A DNA stretch of 60,292 bases from Octopus bimaculoides (lineage: Eukaryota): the NCBI RefSeq assembly GCF_001194135.2, contig NC_068994.1, forward strand, positions 48,688,237-48,748,528, written 5' to 3'. Shown piece by piece: positions 1 to 12,600 of this stretch. The number at the start of each line of letters is the position of its first letter. The stretch's first letter is position 1. Both the position numbers and the translations under genes were made by a program. Under the pieces are notes generated by a model. That model had not been told where the DNA came from and did not search any database. It saw nothing but the letters and a program-made list of their open reading frames with translations.

Positions 1-188
1 CATCATCATCATCATCATCATCATAAAAGCACCCATGGCAATGCCATGTAAAAAGTGGTTGGCGTTAGGAACGGCATCCAGCTGTAGAAACTCTGCCAGA
101 TCAGATTGGAGCCTGGTGCAGCCATCTGGTTCGCCAGTCCTCAGTCAAATCGTCCAACCCATGCTAGCATGGAAAGCGGACGTTAAAC

Positions 189-219
<31 letters not shown>

Positions 220-329
220 TTCTTTTTAATTAAAAATCTGACATATACATGTTCATGTTTAAATAGATTTGTCTCTAAAGTGAGAAAGATATTCTGTGTG
301 GTGGAAATGTCAGCTGGCTAAATGAGATC

Positions 330-780
330 AACAACAGCAACAACAAGAAACAAAACAATAACTAAAACAACACAAAAAAAAAGCAAACAGTAGTACTGAC
401 AATGACAACACTAGCAGCAACAACAAAACAAATCAATAACAACAATAACGACGACAAGAATAACAACAACAAAAACAGCATCTACAGTATTTATGGGAAG
501 GACGATGACAACAGCAACGACAATGGTGACAACTACAACAAAAAATGCTTTCAGTCAGAACAACAGCAAAATCAATAAATAACTGCAGCAACAACAGCTT
601 TAAAAGCAACCAGTGACATCATCATCATCATCATCTTCTTCTTCTTCTTCTTTGTCTTCTTTTTTGTCTGTCTTCTTCTTCTTCTTTGTTTTCTTCTTTG
701 TCTGTCTTCTTCTTCTTCTTCATCTTCTTCTTTGTCTTCTTTTTCTTCTTTGTCTTCTTCTTCTTCTTCTTCCATGTTGG
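330..780. repeat. (AAC)n then (CAT)n/(TCT)n degenerate microsatellites
   Basis: Direct reading; source of ORFs 572..946, 613..852 and 686..892. Confidence 0.9.
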
Positions 781-1019
781 CACGAGTCAAATGGTTCAGC
801 AGAATCCAACGAACCGGGGAGAACCGTGTTGGGCTCCAATGCTTTGTTATAACATGGTTTCTATGACTGGATGTCCTTCTTTCTGCCAATAACTTTACTG
901 AGCACTGGTTACCTATATTTTTTTTTTTCACTTTACATGGTACCAATGCTATTGGAGGTTACCATCCAATATTTGCTTTCATATATATAAAAACAATTTA
1001 TCCCTGCTTAAAAATGGAC

Positions 1020-1257
1020 GTTCTTATTTCTTTATTGCCCACAAGGGGCTAAACACAGAGGGGACAAACAAGGACAGACAAAGGGATTAAGTCAATTACA
1101 TCGACCCCAGTGCGTAACTGGTACTTAATTTATTGACCCCTAAAGGATGAAAGGCAAAGTCAACCTTGCCGGAATTTGAACTCAGAACGTAACGGCAGAC
1201 AAAATACCGCTAAGCATTTCACCCAACATGCTAATGTTTCTGCCAGCTCGCTACCTT
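1020..1257 (-). mobile_element. tRNA-derived SINE family A, CpG-decayed copy (others at ~11410, 13425, 20400, 21975, 32160, 36010, 36915, 37435)
   Basis: Recurrent core tcgaccccagtgcgtaactggtacttaattt...gaaaggatgaaaggcaaagtc...ggaatttgaactcagaacg; head on minus with B-box-like gagttcaaatt. Resembles described octopus SINEs; family name not assigned. Confidence 0.85.
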
Positions 1258-1537
1258 TCAGAACATGGATGCTCTGTTAGAGAAAACTATACTGTGGCAG
1301 TTAGCATGAGAGAAATTCTCATATTGGCTTTTGGTGCAGAATGCATACATGTTTATATTACTAGTGGGGAGATAAATCCCAGCCAGGGCCACCAGATCAT
1401 GTGATTTCAACCTTCCTTGGTCTTGTTGATGATGGACACTTGACCACTGGAGATAGTGGCAGTTCATCTCTCTGCCAGTGATATTTAGTATAACAATGCC
1501 AGGCACTGGTGTTGCGATTAACCAGTGAGTCTGTCTT

Positions 1538-1730
1538 GAAGAAAACGGGTTTCTTCTCAAACAGATTTTTAACGTAGATGAAACTGGATTGTATTGGAAA
1601 AAATTGCCAGACCGTTCATTCCAAGGAGAAGAAAACTATTCCAGGTTACAAGGTCTCAAAAGAATGTGTCTTATTGCAAACCGCATTCATATTTAAAGTG
1701 TCCATGATGTACAGTAAACTCCACCAAATT
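1538..1730 (+). mobile_element. pogo/Tigger DDE transposase relic (frameshifted); element probably spans ~1260-1990
   Basis: Frame from 1538 reads EENGFLLKQIFNVDETGLYWKKLPDRSF, then a frameshift to SKEKKTIPGYKVSKE, matching the Tigger-type QIFNVDETxxYWKxMP..F..KEEK..PGFKASK motif. Confidence 0.85.
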
Positions 1731-2035
1731 GTTTTCGTAAATTCAGATTACTTTTTTTTACTGTACTGTATTAAAAAATAAAAAAGTATTTGTTTGTAAA
1801 CTTAAAATAGGTTTTTATTAACCATGTATTATTGAAAATGCATTCATAAATAAAGTTCAGAACTGGGAATGGTTATTATCGGTTTAGCCTAGAGACAGGA
1901 AAATTTCGGCCAAGCCTAGGCTAGAGACAAGTTAATTCGACTTGAGCTGTATCTCCTGGAACCCATTAACAACATAGGCTGAGGTGTGTGTGTTTACCAA
2001 ATATGCAAATAAAAATCCAAGACTTACATTCATGG

Positions 2036-2086
<51 letters not shown>

Positions 2087-2869
2087 NNNNNNNNNNNNNN
2101 NNNNNNNNNNNNNNNNNNNNNNNNNNNNNNNNNNNNNNNNNNNNNNNNNNNNNNNNNNNNNNNNNNNNNNNNNNNNNNNNNNNNNNNNNNNNNNNNNNNN
2201 NNNNNNNNNNNNNNNNNNNNNNNNNNNNNNNNNNNNNNNNNNNNNNNNNNNNNNNNNNNNNNNNNNNNNNNNNNNNNNNNNNNNNNNNNNNNNNNNNNNN
2301 NNNNNNNNNNNNNNNNNNNNNNNNNNNNNNNNNNNNNNNNNNNNNNNNNNNNNNNNNNNNNNNNNNNNNNNNNNNNNNNNNNNNNNNNNNNNNNNNNNNN
2401 NNNNNNNNNNNNNNNNNNNNNNNNNNNNNNNNNNNNNNNNNNNNNNNNNNNNNNNNNNNNNNNNNNNNNNNNNNNNNNNNNNNNNNNNNNNNNNNNNNNN
2501 NNNNNNNNNNNNNNNNNNNNNNNNNNNNNNNNNNNNNNNNNNNNNNNNNNNNNNNNNNNNNNNNNNNNNNNNNNNNNNNNNNNNNNNNNNNNNNNNNNNN
2601 NNNNNNNNNNNNNNNNNNNNNNNNNNNNNNNNNNNNNNNNNNNNNNNNNNNNNNNNNNNNNNNNNNNNNNNNNNNNNNNNNNNNNNNNNNNNNNNNNNNN
2701 NNNNNNNNNNNNNNNNNNNNNNNNNNNNNNNNNNNNNNNNNNNNNNNNNNNNNNNNNNNNNNNNNNNNNNNNNNNNNNNNNNNNNNNNNNNNNNNNNNNN
2801 NNNNNNNNNNNNNNNNNNNNNNNNNNNNNNNNNNNNNNNNNNNNNNNNNNNNNNNNNNNNNNNNNNNNN
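2087..2869. other. Assembly gap (N); further gaps at 7573-8003, 27054-27526, 35070-35653, 45125-45134, 48429-48854 and 59813-59822
   Basis: Runs of N, mostly abutting (AT)n tracts; none falls inside the ALLC-like coding span 9361-21507. Confidence 1.
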
Positions 2870-3154
2870 GGTAGGGTAGAGGGAGAGATGTAGATTATTC
2901 ATCAGGACAAGATTTGTGGGTGGGGTGGGGGTGGGGTTGGAGGAGATGAAACAGTCCACCAAACTGTTTATAGTCGTTATTTTATCTTCATTTCATGTTT
3001 TATAGACTTTGGTCTTCATTTATGAGTTTCCTTTATTGGATTTGAATTTAGGTTTAACGTATATTGGGAGTGGGGGGACGGGGTAGAGGTTAGATTTGGG
3101 GGGTAAAGGTGAAGGATATTACACATATTAGAAATACAAGGGTTGGAAGGAGAG

Positions 3155-3520
3155 AATGAGAGTAGTAGTAGTAGTAGTAGCAGCAGCAGCAGCACTAGTA
3201 GTAGTGGCGGTAGTAGTCATGGTGGTGGTGGTGGTGGTAGTTGTAGTAGTAGTAATAGTAGCAGTAGTGTTTGTTGTTGTTGTTGTAGTAGAAGTAGTGG
3301 TGGTGGCAGTAGTAGTCGTGGTGGTGGTGGTGGATGGTGTTGGCTGTAGTAGTAGTAGTAGTAGTAGTAATATTAGCAGTAGTATTTGTTGTTATTCTAG
3401 TAGTAGATATAGTGGTAGTGGTGGTAGTAGTCATGGTGGTGGTGGCAGTGGTTATAGTAGTAGTATTTGTTGTAGTAGTAGTAGTAGTAGTAGTAGTAGT
3501 TTAACACCACCACCACCACC
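3155..3520. repeat. (AGT/GGT/AGC)n compound microsatellite
   Basis: Direct reading; yields poly-S/V/T pseudo-ORFs. Confidence 0.9.
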
Positions 3521-3619
3521 CCCAGGTCAGTTCTTATCAAGCTGACCTATAATTGAAAGACTGTCCCAACATTTTTTAAGCCAGTATTTCTAAGCTGTAC
3601 ATAATCCAAAGTGTTCTTT

Positions 3620-3945
3620 TTCACTTCTTCTTTTGGGTGTCCTCCCTTCTCAACCCAACCCTCCCAATCTCCTCCTCCATGTTTTCCTCAGTCTACCTCG
3701 CTTTTGTGGTCCATTTACCTCAAACTCAAGCACCCTCCTCAACACATGCCCATACCACCACACTCTATTCGTCCTTGACAGTCATTCCACCAATTCCTTC
3801 AACCCCAGCATCCCCATCATGTCCTCAGTTCTCCTCTTATCAAACAGTTTCACTCCACACATTTCTCTCACCACTGCTCTCTCTGTCCTTCTCAAAATTG
3901 CCATCTCTCTCTCCCTCAGACACCATGTCTCACTTCTGCCTTCTT
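3620..3945 (-). mobile_element. RTE-clade LINE 3' ORF fragment
   Basis: ETWCLREREMAILRRTERAVVREMCGVKLFDKRRTEDMMGMLGL is the typical post-RT C-terminal region of RTE LINEs; degraded. Confidence 0.8.
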
Positions 3946-4472
3946 GAGTTAGTTTTCCACCACATTTCTTAAAAATCATGGTAGAGGCCTTGGTCTTGGG
4001 ACCACTCATGTCTAGAAACTCAGGTTGGGGGTAAGCAAGGGCATGCCCCCTGTAGAAAATTCAGCTCTGAGAAAGTCTCATTATAGAGCTGTTATTTCTT
4101 ACAAATCAAATGAATGATAAAACATGACCATTTTCTCAAATTCAGAATTGTGAAAGCATGGAATAAACCAGCTGTGTCAGTTTTTGAATTTACAGGCACG
4201 GAATCCTTTGAAAATACCATTTTTCTTGAAATTCCCCAACATTATTCTTACCTTTTATTTATTTCAGTTATTTGACTGTGGCCATGCTGGGCACTGCTTG
4301 AAAGGTTTTAATTGAACAAATCAACGCCCATGACTTGTCTTTTTTAAGCCTGTCACTCATTCTATCGGTCTCTTTTGCTGAACCATCAAGTTACAGGGAT
4401 GTAAATATACCAACACCGGTTGTCAAGTGGTGGTGGGAGACAAAGACAGACACACAAACATAGATATATATA

Positions 4473-4520
<48 letters not shown>

Positions 4521-6359
4521 ATGGGCTTCTTTCAGTTTCTGACTACCAAATCAACAAGGCTTTGGTTGGCCTAAGGCTATAGCAGAAGACACTTGCCCAA
4601 GGTGCCACACAGTAAGATTGAACCTGGAGCCACATGGTTGGGAAGCAAGCTTCTTACCACACAGCCATGCTTACACCCTTTCTTCTTTAGAGCTCTTTTA
4701 CTGTTCATTTACTCTATTCCCCTATGTACCCTGCATGCAGTTTTGGGTTTTATTTCTGTCTTTCTATACCAGACTTATTGCTGCTTTTTGTCTCCTCTGT
4801 TATTCTTTTCCAACAAGTTGTAGTGCACCTGAGCACTGTATACAATAAGCTCTTTATTGTCATTATGACTTTTTTTTTTATTGACATATGGCTAAGAAGT
4901 TCAAACACAGAAAACAGAAACAGATAGCTAGGCTGACATAGATAAGTGGCTATATTGATCCATAATGTTATTTCAAATGGCTGCAGACAGCACAGCTGTG
5001 TTCAGATTCTTTACAGTATAAAATATAACATTTTATAAACTTTATGCACAGGGGAATCCGGATAAAGCTATGCCTATCTCCAGTTGAAACATTTGCAAGT
5101 TGTAGGTAGCAAATAAATAAAATGAAGCTACTACACCCCATCATCAAATTCAGTGGGTATTTTTTTATGTGGGTATGTGCATGTGTGCCTGAATCTGTGT
5201 GTGTGTGTGTGTGCATGCACATATGCAAGCATGGCGGTGTGATTAAGAAGCTTGCTTCCCAACCATGTAGTTTCAGGTTCAGTCCCACTGCCCAGCACCT
5301 TGGACAAGTGTCTTCTATATTCCAGGTTAACCAAAGAGTGAAAGAAGCCCATATGTGTATAAACAATGCATGTGTGTGTGTATGTACAATTATATTGACA
5401 TGATGATGGCTGTAAATGAGCATCACCATAGAAACAATGTTGTTCATTTTTAGTGTCTTCTATGGTAAAGCATTTCTGGCCCTGAGAAATATTACCTTGC
5501 TTGGAAACAACTAAGAATTGGCAACAGGAAGGGCACCCAGCCATAGAAAATTTGTCTCTACAAATTCCGCCTGACCCAGGGACATTAAATGATGAAACGT
5601 GTGTGTGAATGAGTAGTATAAGATGTAGACTCAGAGAATCATGTGGCTATCACAGAAACTTCCTCTTAAATATGCATAATTTCTTCAATACCATCATTAA
5701 TACATAACGAAGGTTGCAAAACAGCTGTAATCCTATAGAAGTCACATGGTTAAATAACTATGTATTCATCTCCCATTATCTGCTGTCTTTATGTTTATAT
5801 ATATATATGAGTTTGGAGGGATAATATTATCCAGGCAGATACTGTATTGGCTCTCAGTTAAGGGCTTCTATTTGTTGCTAGTCACTCTGTGAATCCTTCC
5901 AATGGGTAATTCTATATACGCTTCGCTGGACAGTAAAAATTGTCAGGAGTATATTACCAAAATATATATAACCTCACACTAAAGAGGTTTGTGCGTTATG
6001 ATTTGTATTTAAAGTCCATGAAAATGGCACATGCATGATTTGAACAGTAAACACCAAAAGTGAACAACTGAGATCTGAAATCGCGGTCTTAATCTAGGGG
6101 ACATAACTCCATAATTATATATATTCAACAATCGTTCCTTAATATTGGGTTAAATGGTAGTTATACTAAAAACATTATCCTGTTATCTCCCTTTCTGTTA
6201 CTAAGCATAAAACTACTTCGTACACCAGCCTCAAACTTCTTTGAAATCCTTAGAATAGGGATCGAGATATCATATACACATAAATACAAACTATTTTTTT
6301 TTTTTTTTTTTTTTTTTTTACAATTCCTAATAATATAATAGGATTTTTTAAACATCAAA

Positions 6360-6435
6360 TGGTTGAGGGTTCCATCGAAGAGAAATCGGAATTAAAAGGG
6401 TTCCATAGGAGTAAGAAAATGGTTGAGAACCACTG
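6360..6435 (-). mobile_element. hAT (Charlie-like) terminal sequence
   Basis: 6421-6435 reverse complement is CAGTGGTTCTCAACC, a classical hAT end; a related degenerate end cagtaattctcaaa starts at 28216. Confidence 0.55.
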
Positions 6436-7283
6436 GTCTACATAATCAGGGATCTCCTGAGGGCCAAACAACGACAACAACAATTTCAAACACAAGACAG
6501 AACAAAAACAAAATCTTTAAAATAAAACAAGATACACTTTTCAGCATCCAATAAGCTTTGTTAAATAACAAGATGGCAGAATTTCTTTTATTTATGTTTA
6601 TATTTTCGTAAAAAAAGAAACATTTAATTTTTACAATATTTTTAATATAAATTATTCTTTCTTTAAATTAAAATAAATTAAATTGAGTTACTTTTATTGA
6701 AGTCCTTGACATTTTGTATAAATTGTATTGGTTGTGGAGTTTCAACATAAATTAAAGTACCTTCAAGTAAAAATTTATTTATATCACTTTTTATATTTTG
6801 CAGTTGGTGAGTTAACTTCATTATTGGTTTCTTAAAAACAAACACCGATTCACTGTAATTTGGATGGCAATTGTGTAACTTCATATGGAACAAATATTAC
6901 AAGGGACTGTTTGAAATGAATCAGTTTTCTCACTGATGTTAATATTCTTTCCCTCTGTGTGTGTGTGTGTGTGTGTGTATGTGAATATATAGGTGTGCAT
7001 GTGTGTATATATATATATATATATTACTTGTGCTGGTGGCACATTAGAAGATCATTCGTAATCCTATTTAATATTTTTGCCATCTTGTGCACATGAGCAG
7101 CAGTATAGAGTGAAGTGTGGCATGATGAGTTGAGTATAACATGAAGTATAGAATACAATGTAGAGTGGAGTTAGTGTGGTAAGAAATGAAATATATGTAG
7201 CATTGCGTGTAGCATGAATCGTGGAGTATAGACATGACATGTTGCCAACTGATGTCAATAAATTGAACTTGCATCAAGCATGA

Positions 7284-7316
<33 letters not shown>

Positions 7317-7342
7317 GAAAATGAAAAAAAAGGCAGAATGCT

Positions 7343-7410
7343 AAACTGGAAGCATATTTTAATAAAGATTTCTAAACCGGAAGCATATTTTAATAAAGAT
7401 TTCTAACCGG
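7343..7410 (+). repeat. 31-bp tandem duplication
   Basis: aaac(t/c)ggaagcatattttaataaagatttct x2 plus a partial third start. Confidence 0.9.
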
Positions 7411-9360
7411 TTTTCAACAGGAAGTTGAAAAAGAGTTCATAACTCCAACTAAAAACATTTGTCTCCCCTTACACACACTTCCTGTTTTGACACCAAATTT
7501 CCTGCTTAACACAAACTTTTAACCCTTTTTTTAAACCTAACAAAACTCTCAACTCTCATGCATCCTTATTTTNNNNNNNNNNNNNNNNNNNNNNNNNNNN
7601 NNNNNNNNNNNNNNNNNNNNNNNNNNNNNNNNNNNNNNNNNNNNNNNNNNNNNNNNNNNNNNNNNNNNNNNNNNNNNNNNNNNNNNNNNNNNNNNNNNNN
7701 NNNNNNNNNNNNNNNNNNNNNNNNNNNNNNNNNNNNNNNNNNNNNNNNNNNNNNNNNNNNNNNNNNNNNNNNNNNNNNNNNNNNNNNNNNNNNNNNNNNN
7801 NNNNNNNNNNNNNNNNNNNNNNNNNNNNNNNNNNNNNNNNNNNNNNNNNNNNNNNNNNNNNNNNNNNNNNNNNNNNNNNNNNNNNNNNNNNNNNNNNNNN
7901 NNNNNNNNNNNNNNNNNNNNNNNNNNNNNNNNNNNNNNNNNNNNNNNNNNNNNNNNNNNNNNNNNNNNNNNNNNNNNNNNNNNNNNNNNNNNNNNNNNNN
8001 NNNATATATATATATATATATAGCATAGAGTGTAATGATGACTTGGTATTGATTCCTGAGAGTTAAGCGAACTGAAGCAGTATAAAATAAAGTGATTAAT
8101 CCAGAAACAGAAGAGAAAATCCATGGCATGTCTGAATTCAGAACACATGGACAATTAGTCTCATGATTCAACCATCTTGTCTAAACGATTGTATGCAAAT
8201 ACAATGATGGCGACCCTGCATGGCTAACAAATATTTCTTCAATTTGTGCGTTCAAGTCCTTTTGTGTATCTAAAAACATACATCGTTCTTGTGAGAAATG
8301 CTTGGGGATTAGGTTAAAACAACCAAATTAATCAGAAATCACATAATCAGAAACTAGACTTTTTGAATTGCCATTCTCCTTGCATTCTGTTATAAAATCT
8401 AGGGTGGCAGTGTCCTGTGCCTGCCTCTTTAGAGATAAAGGGGTAAAGATTCCCTCTGGTCACGAATGACCATGGGATTGCACCTAGAAAGTTCACAAGT
8501 CCAAGCAAGGTTGTTTATGGAAGACCACCAGTCGTCCATGCATACCAGCCTCCCCTCTCCACACCACTGGTTATCCAAGGGAAAGGCAAAGGTTGATACA
8601 GCTTGGTACCAGTGATGTCACTGCTCATTTCTACAGCTGAGTGAACTGGAGCAACATGAAATAAAGTGTCTTGCTCAAGAATACAACACAGCCTGGTCTG
8701 GGAATCAAACTCACAACCTTATGATTGTAAGCCCAATCCTCTAACCACCGAGTCATGCTTCTTCACATTATTTAAGTGTATATACTTTATAAAAACTCTG
8801 TTGCATACATGAGGATTATATTAAATAAAAAACTGAGATCACTGTGTGTAAACGTATTCCTTGTTGTGGAAATTGTTTTATGCTACATCACACAGCTTAT
8901 GAAATATTCCATGGTGTCTATATAAACATACTCAGTAGAGCTATGGAGCTTGTTTTTACCTCGTTGATTTTACAATGCACTACACAGCATAGGAAATAAT
9001 CCAGTATGTGTACATAAGCATATGCTGTTTTACTATGAAATGAATTTGGTTGTAAAAACCCAATTTAACAAAGGGAGTTGAGGGGTTTAAGCCCTTCAAT
9101 AAATATATATCATTCACTGATGAAGGATTTCCACAGTGACTGACTATAAAAATTAAATTTCGGTATCAGATGGTAAGCAGCAAGGATGAAGTTGTCTGTA
9201 GTATCATGGAATTATGGGTCTTGCACCATAATAATTTAAGCAAAAATAAAATATATAAAAAAAAGTTTTTAAAAAATAACAAAAAATTTGCAAAGGTAGG
9301 AGGGATGAAAATGGAAGAGAAAGCAGAGAAAATTAGGAGGAAGACAAGAGAGAACTGTTT

Positions 9361-9662
9361 TTAAAGACGGCACAAGTGTTGTGTTGACTTGTGACCCCAG
9401 ATGTGGACATGTTCTAGCAATGAATCCATGGAGGATTCCAGGCGATGCTCCACTGGGGACGGCGATGGGAGCAACAAAGTCAGACGAAGACGGATATGAG
9501 ATCTGACAATATGGGAAGCAATTTGAATGGTATGCGTTGAGCAAGGGAGGAGACCTGTTGATGAGACCAAGACGAACCATGGGACCTGATCACTGCACTT
9601 TGTTGTTTCGCTCTTGAACGATTTCTCTACCATTTTCTCTTGTTCTGCTGACATAGAACAAG
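9361..9662 (-). CDS. ALLC: ALLC-like terminal coding exon 11 (A-CSMSAEQEK...WFVLVSSTGLLPCSTH...HIRLRLTLLLP...HVHIWGHKSTQHLCRL*)
   Basis: Acceptor ttgcttttctcttgcag, phase 1, TAA at 9363-9361; matches ORF-track 9361..9654; homologous to the WKPLLPVTKLSPNQSH and THARLTIVP regions. Confidence 0.88.
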
Positions 9663-12600
9663 CTGCAAGAGAAAAGCAAATCTAAAACATTATCTCCAAA
9701 CAAGAAATGTGCATAATTACATATATATGTATATATGAGGTGAAGTCAGAAATTATCCGCACTTTCACAATAACATATCTTTGCCTTCGTGCGGGTGACA
9801 CATAAAAGCACCTACTACACTCTCTGAGTGGTTGGCGTTAGGAAGGGCATCCAGCTGTAGAAACTCTGCCAAATCAGATTGGAGCCTGGTGTAGCCTTTG
9901 GGCTCCACCAGTCCTCAGTCAAATCGTCCAACCCATGCTAGCATGGAAAGTGGACGTTAAACGATGATGATGATGATGATGATGATATTGCCTTCTGCAC
10001 AGGCGTGCTTATAGTTGGTACTACTGTGGTCATGTGATCAAAGTTTGAGCCTGATCACACCATTTTTCTTTCTGGCTTTACAGTGTAAGCAGAGGCCACT
10101 CCACTAGCAATTTGCACCAAAGAACAAAGAGCAGTGATCCGAGAGACAGTAATGGTGAACAGGTTCACCATTACCATCTCTCGAGCTTGCTGAATCTTCT
10201 CATCAGTGGTGGACGTTAACAGGCGTCCTGCTCCCTCTTCGTGCGTCACGCTTGTCCAGTCACTTATAAACTTCTTGATCCACTCATACACATGGTAATG
10301 CACTGTTCTGCCCACTCCAGCTTCCACCTTCTCAATACACACATAAATAGATACACACATGCAAAACACACACAGATGCACACAAACACACACTACATAC
10401 GATGCTAACAAACATAATGAAGAACATCATTGTGCAATGAAGGAAAACTCTTACCATCAATTGTAAGGAATGCAAGGAATTTGCCATGAAACTTCCCTGT
10501 TTTCAGTTCAACCTGAAATGGAAATAAAGACTTGGTTAAAACTTAATATTTATCTTTTACTTGTTTCAGTCATTAGACTGCGTCCATGCTGGGAGGCATT
10601 TTAGTCAAGCGAATTTGAGTCCAAGTACTAATTTTTCTCTGTTTTTAAAGCCTGGTACTTATTCTATAACTCTCCCTTGCCAATTTTCTAACTTACAGGG
10701 ATGTAAACACACCAACACCAGTTGTGAAGCAGCAGTGGGGGACGAACACACACAACAAGCTCGTTCAGTTTTTATTTACTAAATCCACTTACAAGGCTTT
10801 AGTCGGCCTGAGACTATAGTAGAAGACACCTGCCCAAGGTGCCACTCAGTGGGACTGGACCAAGAATCATGTGGCTGGGAAGCAAGCTTCTTACCACACA
10901 GCCACACCTGCACCTATATATACATACACACACACACACATGACAGGCGTCTTTCAGTTTCCAGCCATCAAATCCACTCACAAGACTTGTTGATCCAAGG
11001 CTATAGTAGAAAACACTTGCCCAAGGTGACACACAGTGAGACTTGAACTTGGAACCATGTGGATTGGGAATCAAACTTCTTACAACACAGCCTCACCCAC
11101 CTGGGCGCTGTTGTGGTGTGGTGAGCATGATACAGAGAGGGTGCTATAGCCACTGACCAGCTGTAGAGGCTTTGTTTATTTTCAAAAGAATACTAGGATA
11201 GGCTACACTGAATACAGTCCAAACACACACATGCACACACACACACACACATGTGCACAAGCCTTCCTATATGCTCATGCATACATATACAATCAAACAA
11301 AATTAAATACAGAGTTTCTTTGCTTACTTTTGATATATTACCTGGGCAGGCCAACCTGTATATGGCCCAAACCTCTTGCCAATTTCCTGGAAAAAAAAAA
11401 CAACAGCAATAATTATAATCTTTTCTACAATAGGCACAAGGCCTGACATTTGGGGGAGGGGGCTAGTTGATTATATTGACCCCCCCCCCCAGTGTTTCAC
11501 TGGTACTTTATTTATCAACCCCGAAAGGATGAAAGGTAAAGTTGACCTCAGCAGAATTTGAACTCTGAACGTACTGGAGGACAAACACAGACACAAAGAC
11601 ACTCACATATACAAGAAAAAAGTGACTGAGGGAAAAGATCAGGTTCAGAGTTTAGAATTTAGAGAAAAATGTGAAAATAATAATAGATCAAAGTGAAGAA
11701 AAAAAGAAAAAAAGCATATGTTTAACTTTGAAGTGAATCAGTGAATTCAATGTTGAAAACATGAGTTTAAGCAGAAACCTTCAGATGCTCACAAATGCAA
11801 TGCAAAAAAATCCCATATATCAAAACAAAATTAACATACCTGCCTTGAAGATGTTCTGAGATTCACAAATTGGTAACTGGTCATTCTAGAATATAGAAGA
11901 GTAAAATATAAAAGAGTTATTGTAATCAGATTTCGTACTGAAACACAAAAAAATCATACATACAGACACATGTGCACACACTCACACACACACATATGCA
12001 TGCATAATTGTGCATGCAACTGACAAATTGTGCTAGCACCTAAATATTGCCTAACCTTTTAGTGTTTAAACCAGCCATATCCGGCCCAAATATTCTACAT
12101 GTTTTATATTCAAACTGGCCATATCTAGCCTCTCACACCTAACCTACAGTGACATTCTAAAAATAAAAACAATCATATCACTGAAACCTCAAAGCTATAA
12201 CATAATGCATGATTAATTCAAAACAATTTGAGTGAAAAAGTATTACATTTAACAGAGTAATCTGAACACTAAAAGGCTAAAGATACAAGGAAGTTATGGT
12301 TATAATGCCTTTCTCTTTGGCATCCACAAGAAGCATATTTAAAACTTGGTTAAATAAAACAGGATAAAACGTATTTGTAAAGAATGTCAGCTTACCTCCC
12401 TTGAAAACCTCTGGTTAGTGCTCAATTGACTGTCAGTGGCAGAGGGCAAGTGGATGGTTAGAGCCAGTTGTTTCATTGTAGGACAACTTGCAGCCAGGCA
12501 CATACTGCCATTCATTAGAGATAGTAAGTCAAGTAGCTGTAAGTTGATGGAGAAGTAGGTTAAGGACAGAGTGCAATTAATGATGGAAGATTCTAGAAAG

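Noticed and set aside
1984-2962. Long ORFs across N-gaps (also 7549-8171, 26853-27664, 34899-35834, 48317-49174)
   Set aside because: They are open only because N codons are untranslatable and the flanks are (AT)n.
6678-6893. 71-aa minus ORF of normal composition
   Set aside because: Short, no recognisable homology, no convincing splice boundaries; compatible with chance.
8700-9360. Poly(A) signal for the ALLC-like gene
   Set aside because: I found no clear minus-strand AATAAA/ATTAAA near the stop; plus-strand AATAAA hexamers here are expected by chance in AT-rich DNA, so the 3' end is left undefined.
11101-11160. 60-nt segment with strong donor CAG|gtgggt inside ALLC-like intron 9
   Set aside because: The donor derives from a SINE head, the acceptor is weak, its phase-0 reading shows no allantoicase homology, and exons 9 and 10 already join colinearly with the family.
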